The notes under the pieces are model-generated. The model had not been told where the DNA came from. It worked only from the letters and a program-made list of their open reading frames with translations, and searched no databases. DNA of 34,881 nucleotides. Source: a virus (taxonomy: Duplodnaviria > Heunggongvirae > Uroviricota > Caudoviricetes). Both the position numbers and the translations under genes were made by a program. The stretch lies in the IMG/VR virus record IMGVR_UViG_3300028591_000140. The stretch is one strand, 5' to 3'. Position 1 is the first letter of the stretch. Every line of letters begins with the position of its first letter. This document shows positions 7,157 to 14,100 of the stretch, piece after piece.

Positions 7157-7318
7157 CGTTTCGCGCCGTGAAACCCGTAAATTTATACTATCATTTTGAA
7201 TTCTTCCAGATTGAGCTCTCATGAACGAGAAGCGAACACACTCTAAAACAGAAAGGCAGATAAAGAGCCCTCTGGAAGAATTCTTAGGAACTTATCAAAT
7301 GTTACATTTTAAAAAGGT

Positions 7319-7354
7319 AGGGGCTGCCGCCCCTGCGGCCTGCTTACGCAGTCC
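7319..7354 (-). promoter_or_regulatory. DGR target-recognition hairpins 3' of VR
   Basis: Minus strand: AGGGGC-GGCA-GCCCCT (7319-7334, GRNA tetraloop) and GGACTGC-GTAA-GCAGGCC (7337-7354, one mismatch, loop contains the target stop codon). Confidence 0.75.
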
Positions 7355-8978
7355 ACACACCCCGCTTTTTGCCCGAGCCCGAAAGACGCGGACGACCATC
7401 CCAGGCCGAGGCCGAGGGCGCAGAGCCATGCTCGTAGGCCAAACCAGCACCCGCCCCATTGCCCAAGCTACCGAAACGCCAAGGACAACGAACGCCAGCA
7501 GAGGCCGCACCGAGGAAGCCGCTCTTAAAGTAAGTCGAGGTGGACCCACCCAAAACTTCGGGGAACAGAACAGCCTTCGAAGTTCTAACAAACTTCTTGG
7601 GATAGTTCCAGCCCTGCGGCATCTGCTCATAGATAATGCCAGTATTCTCGTAATCCGAAGTGATGCTACCGGACAGCTTCTCGGAATTGCGGCACTCATA
7701 GACTGCATAGTCACCCTTCGAGTTGGCAAAATTCGTGACATTGTACAGCGGATCAAGGCCAATGTCGTAAGCACCGGACATCATTTCAACGCCCTGCACA
7801 CGCATCGGATTCTGACCTGCGGTCAGGCTATGGCAAGCGCCATCCTTATGACCGGGCAGATTCTCCGTATTACCAGAGTTCCAAGGCATCGTGCAAATCT
7901 TGGTAGCAGTCGTAGTGTCAAAGGCTTCGCCGTCAACATTCACAGCGATATATGTGGTACCCTCGACGGTGACTTCCTCCTTCGAGAGAATCGTCCGAAC
8001 ATTATTTACTCGATCAGACGTGCCAATGGAAATGTTCGAACCAATCTGAAGGTTATTCGCCGAGGCTGCGGGAAGGCATACACGAGTTACGCCAGTCTCA
8101 GCCACAGGAGAAGTATAAGTAAAGTTGTAACTCTGGCAGCCTTCGCAGATCGCAGAGTTCTCCAGATTGAAATGACGGAGTTGCCACATATCCAGAACCC
8201 AGATAGCATCAGCATCATTCCAAAGTCCTTCATAGGCATCCATAGCCCTCGCTTTCGTCAGACCCGCAGTAGCAGCAGCGAAAATATACGGCTTCTTACC
8301 AGCGCCACTGGTCAGCTTCGTGCCATCATTAGTCAGACTGCCAGGGAAAGTCGGACGCCAGGTCATGAAACGCTTCTTGTTGGTGGTCGGATCGACATCA
8401 CCGGCATAAGGCTCATAACCGGGATACTGCTGAGTGGCCCAGGACTTGTAGCTGTAATCGCCTTCATCCCACTCCTTCTTCCAGAGAGCCATGCAGAATG
8501 TCCAGACAGGGGCAATCTCGCCGCTCAGGTCAAACTCGTTATCCAGACCCTCAATAGCCAGAATATTCATCGTGCCATCTGCCAGAGACAGAGCATTGGC
8601 ACGAATATACCAGGTCATTGGGTCCTCATCAGCCCAGTCTTTCACCGGCGTAGTGGTGTCGGTGCAAAGCTGAGCAGGCTGCTTATCGGCCAGATCGTCG
8701 ATCGGCGTCATTACCGGAGAGGAAGAAACAGTATGCTGATAATACTTCAGCGTATACTTCTTTTCTTTCCACTTGTCGGCAAGCATGGAGAAGAATCTCT
8801 CGAGATGCTCATACTTGGTTTCGCCATCGACCATAGAGAGATCCCACCAGTCATGAAAGACCGAGCTGGTGTTGGTGCCGTCAATCACGAAGATGGACTG
8901 TCTGGCAATCTCATCCTCGAAGTAATAAGTTTTTCCGTCAAGTAAAGTGACATTAGAAAGTTCAAGTCTGTCAGACAT
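7344..8978 (-). CDS. DGR target protein; probable receptor-binding/tail-fibre protein with C-terminal C-type-lectin-like fold
   Basis: Contains the VR at its C-terminus; NPMRVQGVEMMSGAYD resembles the CLec/Mtd-type core; lies downstream of tail genes. The receptor-binding role is inferred. Confidence 0.85.
   Translation of the reverse strand: MSDRLELSNVTLLDGKTYYFEDEIARQSIFVIDGTNTSSVFHDWWDLSMVDGETKYEHLERFFSMLADKWKEKKYTLKYYQHTVSSSPVMTPIDDLADKQPAQLCTDTTTPVKDWADEDPMTWYIRANALSLADGTMNILAIEGLDNEFDLSGEIAPVWTFCMALWKKEWDEGDYSYKSWATQQYPGYEPYAGDVDPTTNKKRFMTWRPTFPGSLTNDGTKLTSGAGKKPYIFAAATAGLTKARAMDAYEGLWNDADAIWVLDMWQLRHFNLENSAICEGCQSYNFTYTSPVAETGVTRVCLPAASANNLQIGSNISIGTSDRVNNVRTILSKEEVTVEGTTYIAVNVDGEAFDTTTATKICTMPWNSGNTENLPGHKDGACHSLTAGQNPMRVQGVEMMSGAYDIGLDPLYNVTNFANSKGDYAVYECRNSEKLSGSITSDYENTGIIYEQMPQGWNYPKKFVRTSKAVLFPEVLGGSTSTYFKSGFLGAASAGVRCPWRFGSLGNGAGAGLAYEHGSAPSASAWDGRPRLSGSGKKRGVWTA
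7381..7522 (-). repeat. DGR variable repeat (VR), 142 nt, at the 3' end of the target gene
   Basis: 20 substitutions versus TR, all at TR adenines (11 A>G, 6 A>C, 3 A>T), plus one 3-nt deletion; all non-A positions outside the deletion are identical. Confidence 0.97.
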
Positions 8979-8992
8979 AAATTATCCCCTCT

Positions 8993-9214
8993 TTACGATT
9001 TGCGCTTCAGTGTGACGTTTTTGCCAGGAACCGCACCGGCTGCGAACTCGATCTTGAGGTTCTTACCAGTGACAGTCGTTTTTAGTTGCGGTGCTGTCCC
9101 AACGTCATCAAGTTCGCCTGCATATTTAGTAGGGTCGAATGGCTCTCCGCCACCCCCGCCATGTTCATCTGTATACTTGCGGGCGAGAGCAAGGGTTTCC
9201 ATAGAAATCGACAT
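8993..9214 (-). CDS. Hypothetical tail-region protein (73 aa)
   Basis: SD-preceded ORF within the tail operon; MSISMETLALARKYTD start and Gly linker. Confidence 0.7.
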   Translation of the reverse strand: MSISMETLALARKYTDEHGGGGGEPFDPTKYAGELDDVGTAPQLKTTVTGKNLKIEFAAGAVPGKNVTLKRKS

Positions 9215-9230
9215 AGAATATCACCCTTCC

Positions 9231-9425
9231 TTACTGCTTGAGCCACTGACTGTTCTCAGCGTCCCACATATAGATGTTACCGGTATCCATTTCATAGAAA
9301 ACGGATCCATTCGGAATGCCCTCTTCTTTTCCGATCGAATTAACATGGACAGTCGGCTTTTCATCAGTGGAGAGACCACGATAGTTCAATTCCCACTGTC
9401 CGATTTCTTTCGTAATCATGGACAT
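9231..9425 (-). CDS. Small conserved phage protein (GLSTDEKP...NGSVFYEMDTG...W type)
   Basis: Motif recognised from small tail-region proteins of Firmicutes phages; function unknown. Confidence 0.75.
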   Translation of the reverse strand: MSMITKEIGQWELNYRGLSTDEKPTVHVNSIGKEEGIPNGSVFYEMDTGNIYMWDAENSQWLKQ

Positions 9426-9680
9426 TTACTCCTTTTCGCGTAATTTAAAGACCAAATTCTTGGGATTCTCAGGATTGACAAAACAGGTCAAATGCCCAAG
9501 ATCCCAAAATTCTCGATCTTCTTTGGTAACCAAAAGGTCTTCCGCGGCCAGATTCTGCTTTACAGCTTTTGTCAGTGCGTCAATCGTGGTCTGTGATGCT
9601 CCACGCTCAAGATGGCCTGACAAAGTTTGAGGCTGACTCAGATGACCGACAAGATGCTCGGGAGATGAGAGATTGCCCAT
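9426..9680 (-). CDS. Hypothetical protein (84 aa)
   Basis: Abuts both neighbours in the operon; SD GGAGG upstream. Confidence 0.65.
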   Translation of the reverse strand: MGNLSSPEHLVGHLSQPQTLSGHLERGASQTTIDALTKAVKQNLAAEDLLVTKEDREFWDLGHLTCFVNPENPKNLVFKLREKE

Positions 9681-9682
9681 AC

Positions 9683-10015
9683 TTAGTCAACCTCCTCCAG
9701 CAGTTTCAGTTTTGCCTTGCTTATGAACGTATCCACATCGCCATCTGCGAAGGTGATCTGAATATCATAAACAAAAGTTCCCGGAGCTTCGAGATCCTTT
9801 GTATCTGCGGGATCAAGCACCAGGAACTGTGTTTCATTGGGAATAGTCTTGACAAGGAGAGGCTCTTCATCAGAATAAGCCCGCTTCATAGCAAATCGAA
9901 TAGAATCGCCATCCTGCGGTACATACTCCTGATCCTGTGCATCATACATGGTGACCTGAGTACGTAGGGTATCGCCTCGTGTCATTTTGATTGTAGTTCC
10001 GTTTATCTCAACCAT
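9683..10015 (-). CDS. BppU-like/Ig-like baseplate-associated protein
   Basis: IKMTRGDT...IRFAMK...LDPADT..L...YDIQITFADG.VDT beta-sandwich pattern. Confidence 0.6.
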   Translation of the reverse strand: MVEINGTTIKMTRGDTLRTQVTMYDAQDQEYVPQDGDSIRFAMKRAYSDEEPLLVKTIPNETQFLVLDPADTKDLEAPGTFVYDIQITFADGDVDTFISKAKLKLLEEVD

Positions 10016-10018
10016 AAC

Positions 10019-10540
10019 TCAATCCTCTTCGCCTTCCTTCAGAAAGCTGTGTTCCTGAATGCACTTCTCATACAGTCTTCGGATCTCTTTAATAGCGGCT
10101 TCGATAACACCATTCTTAATATCATGATCTTGTATGTAGCGTTCATAATAATCACACTGATGAATGACGAAATCGAACTGCTCTTTTGTATGCCGCCGAC
10201 TATTCATACAGGCATTACAAAAGTCTAAAATATCTCGGCGTATGTCCTGAAGATTCTTGTTTTCAGACTCCAAAACATGCGCCGAGAGATCGGACTGTAG
10301 TTTATCAACTTTTTTGTCAACTGACTGAATCTTAGCATCCATGGACTCATTAAGGGCATCAATCTTAGTGTCAATCTTGTCATTGAACTTTGATCCGATC
10401 CACTTAATAAGACTGCTCCATGGATTCCACTTGATCTTAGGGAAGATCTCAATACCTATTGAGGTAAGAAAGACGATCACGCCCCAGAATGTGACTTTGT
10501 TTGTAAAGCCAAGCCAACTGATGAATTCTTCGAATGTCAT
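10019..10540 (-). CDS. Phage membrane protein with N-terminal TM and coiled coil
   Basis: Hydrophobic FWGVIVFLTSIGIEI, IKWNPWS, heptad region, then RRDILDF...HTKEQFD...YERY..H...NG. Confidence 0.7.
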   Translation of the reverse strand: MTFEEFISWLGFTNKVTFWGVIVFLTSIGIEIFPKIKWNPWSSLIKWIGSKFNDKIDTKIDALNESMDAKIQSVDKKVDKLQSDLSAHVLESENKNLQDIRRDILDFCNACMNSRRHTKEQFDFVIHQCDYYERYIQDHDIKNGVIEAAIKEIRRLYEKCIQEHSFLKEGEED

Positions 10541-10553
10541 GGCCTTACCCTCC

Positions 10554-10967
10554 TTAGTCCATCGGTGTCAGCGTCAGATTCTTTCCGTGAACTGTAAAGA
10601 CCACACCGCTAATAGTGTGCGTTGCAAGCCATTCGTTAACGGCTCGCTCGACTTCCACCTGAGCGACAGGCTCTGTGTACAGTTTACCTTCTGCATCTCG
10701 GCCTACTTCTTTGGTCATATATGCGGTCTTATCAACGGGCATATAGGGAGGAATGCGATTCAAGACTTCTTCGATTGCATCAATACGCCTGTAGAGAACC
10801 TTGTTCTGGACAGGGTTTTCAGAGTCCTTGTCCAGATCAGGGTCAATTACAACGTCACGAGTCGGGAGATTCTTGAGCTTGATCTTATACAGATTTGTTC
10901 CACGCTCAATTGGGATTTCATCATCCCCTGTGGGATTAGCTAATACAGGGAGCTGATCAATAAGCAT
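10554..10967 (-). CDS. Hypothetical tail-region protein (137 aa)
   Basis: Contains IDPDLDKDSENPVQNKVL, a motif I recognise from tail-fibre-associated proteins. Confidence 0.7.
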   Translation of the reverse strand: MLIDQLPVLANPTGDDEIPIERGTNLYKIKLKNLPTRDVVIDPDLDKDSENPVQNKVLYRRIDAIEEVLNRIPPYMPVDKTAYMTKEVGRDAEGKLYTEPVAQVEVERAVNEWLATHTISGVVFTVHGKNLTLTPMD

Positions 10968-10973
10968 AGGTCA

Positions 10974-11174
10974 TCACCCCATATTGTCAAGAATAGACTG
11001 TGCGCCCTGCATCAGAGCAGTGGCCGAAGCCTTCAGATCCGCATCAGTGATGATACGGTCAATGCGCTTGTTGTCGGCAATCACGGTGCCCTGATCGTCA
11101 ACTTCGGAATAGTTGATAGACATGCGAGTCCCGACCAGGTCCTGAAAAACAGTAACACCAGCTACGAGTTTCAT
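10974..11174 (-). CDS. Small conserved phage protein (66 aa)
   Basis: SD GGAGAG; start overlaps the stop of the large tail gene; RMSINYSEVDDQG pattern. Confidence 0.75.
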   Translation of the reverse strand: MKLVAGVTVFQDLVGTRMSINYSEVDDQGTVIADNKRIDRIITDADLKASATALMQGAQSILDNMG

Positions 11175-14100
11175 GTGCTTTCTCTCCCTTCTCTTAGATT
11201 TTGCAGGTAATTATTACTTACATCGGCAAAGTTATCTTGATTTTCAGGCATAGCAGGTTGCATAATACCAAAATTCTTGGTCTCATTTTGAAGTCGTGTC
11301 ATACCATAGCCTTTTTGCTTTGCTTTCATTTCCCAGCCAAATGTGAGCCCAGGCGTTCCTTGAACAATAAAGTATCCGGAAGCTCGGGTCTTGACAAAGC
11401 ACTTGCCATCGCCATATTTCTGAAGAAAGACTTGGTATTGACCATCTTCAATAGTTTGTGCAAAGATCGGCTCCAACCAAACGTAGCAGAGGCCATCTTC
11501 GCCAATTTCTCCTTCACCAACATCACCAAACATTGGCGTTGGGTTTTCGTATGCATATAGGTAGCGCCGTCCATAGTCATCCGTATCAACAATTCGAGGT
11601 TTAGTGCCTGTGCAGGCCAAGTTACCAGAGACAGCTAAATTACCATTGATGTTAAGACCTCGCCCACCAGTCCCGGTCCACGGATTCACGGAGGCAATCG
11701 TTGTCCAACCCGACGTAGGAGATGATGGTGTTAGCCCGAGATCAATGAATATCATGCCAGCATTGATACGGACACGCCCGGCATAATTAGTGTATCCGGT
11801 AACATACATTCTTCCTTGACTTAGAAATGTGTAACCAGTTGTACTATCATCACTTGATACACCACATAAAACAACACCAGGATTTGGTGTATTTGCAGCA
11901 TAATAGGGCTTGCTATATTGATAAGTTCCACCATCATGATATTTCAAATATGCAAGTGCATGACCGGTAGCACCACCTGTAGTTGCTGTGAATTCCCCTA
12001 AAAGAAAATCGCCAATTTGACCAGCTTTAGTCTGAAAATAACCAGTATTCAAATTCCAGTAATTCTTATAGGTAGTGCCTTTATCCTTGATGATACCAGT
12101 GGCAATCATCGAAGCGTTTATGTAAAGGCGACTGTTTTCCAGATAAACACCTTCATTATTACTATTATTCGTAAGCCGGTTATAAATCTCAAGCTGAGTC
12201 AGTGAATCATCCAGTGTTTTAGTAGCTTCGTTTGCGCCATTGATGGCATTTGCGCAAATGGGAGTAGTATAGGTAATGCGATAAGTTCCTGTCTGAGAGT
12301 CAATATCTGTCCAAGTGATTTTTGATCTTGTCCAAATATACTTACCTTGCTCCCACGCAGGCTGAGTTGCTTGCCATGAACCACCAGTACAGCTTGAACT
12401 TGATGTGGAAAGATAGTATTGTTCACTCACATCTCGGACACCAATACCTTCTTCACCATAGACGCCAATAATAGTTGGGTCAGATTCGTCTGGATCACCA
12501 GAGGTGTAATTAATAGTCTCATAGTTCCAGAGATACTTATTAGCTGGTGTCATCGACTGAACGGTTTCTGTCCATCCAGAAGTCTCTTTTGTAACGCCAG
12601 ATCCAGAGGCCGTAGCAAGATAGTGGTTGACTATACTACTAATTCCTTTGCCAGCAGCGCCAGTATTACCATAGACACCGATCACACGTTTGGCCGTTTC
12701 GCTGGTAGACTCGTCACTATAAGTAACGACCTCATAATTCCAGAGATACTTATATGAGGTAGTTAATGTAGGAACCGTAGTAGACCAACTGGAAGGAGCT
12801 GTGGTATTAACTTTACTTCGAGCATAATACTCTGTAATGGAAACAATGCTTCGCCCATCCTCGCCGTTCACGACCAGTTTCTTAATGGCGCTCCATTCAC
12901 TTGCTTTGATCGTATCGGTAGCAGTTGTGTTAGCAGCCGTTGCCTGAATCACGAAACACGGATTACCAGATGAGTCCGAATCCGGAATAGTTTGAGACCA
13001 TCCACTAAATCCGCTGGCAGGAGTCAATGCGCCGCTTGAAAAAGTATAAGTGAGATTACCGGATGGCTTTGTCAAAGCAGATGCCGATGCTGCTCTTGCA
13101 TACAAAAAGACAGTCGCCGAGTTTAAGCCAGGTTCCCCATTCTCGCCGTCTGAAACAAATAGAGTAATATCGCTCCATTCAGATGTAGCAATTGTATCTG
13201 TTGCATCAGCGCTTATCGCTGTAGCCTGAATCACAAAGCATGAATTGCCATTTGCTGCCGGAATCTCCTGAGACCAACCACTGAACCCACTTGCAGGAGT
13301 CAGCGAACCAGTCGCAAAAGCATACATGAGAGTCGCATTTGGTTTCGTCAAGGCCGATGCAGCCGCTGCTCTTGCATAAAGAAAAACTGTGGCAGCATTC
13401 ATGCCAGCCGCAGCCGCTTCGCCATCCTTACCGTTCTTTGCCATCAGAATCGGTGCAGACCATTCGGTGTAAGGGATCGTGTCTGTTGCTTCAGTTGATG
13501 TTGCAGTCGCGGCAGTAACATATAGTGGATAGTCGCCACTCGGAATATCACGACTCCAGCCGGTTGGAAGCTCAGACAATGCATTTGTTGCAAAGGTGTA
13601 AGTCAGAGTCTTTGTCCAGTCGATATTTGGAGCGGCTTGAGAGCGCTTATACAAATACAGAACGACTGTGCTTCGACCGTTTGTGCCAGCTTCACCATCT
13701 GCAACAAGCTTAGAAATATCACTCCATTCACTTGGAGCAATTGTATCAGTCTGACCATCATCACTTACAGCAGTAGCTTGAATAACAAAGCACGGTTTGC
13801 CATTACTGTCTGGAATTTCCTGAGACCATCCGCCAAGAACACTCGGACCAGTCTGTCCGCCTCTGGAAAGTATGCCTGTCGGAAATGAGTAATCCAGTGT
13901 TTGCGTCGGCTTTGTCAAATCAGTCGATGCGTCAGCCCGTGCATAAAGAAAAACTGCTGCTGTACTCCAACTTAGGCCATTCTTCGTGATGCAGACGGGA
14001 GCGCCCCATTCATTTGGAGCAATCGTATCTGTAGAACCTGCGGAATTTGCGGTTGCCGCTGTCGCATACAGATCATCGTCTCCCTCTGGCACGCTTTCAG

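Larger units (their letters stand above)
5522..8978 (-). mobile_element. Diversity-generating retroelement (target gene/VR, hairpins, TR, spacer, RT)
   Basis: RT with YMDD; TR/VR pair differing only at TR adenines; GC-rich hairpin downstream of VR. Confidence 0.97.

Noticed and set aside
7221-8945. 574-aa plus-strand ORF over the DGR target, and the short plus-strand ORFs over the TR
   Set aside because: Antisense shadow of the target gene; their mutual similarity simply reflects the TR/VR repeat.
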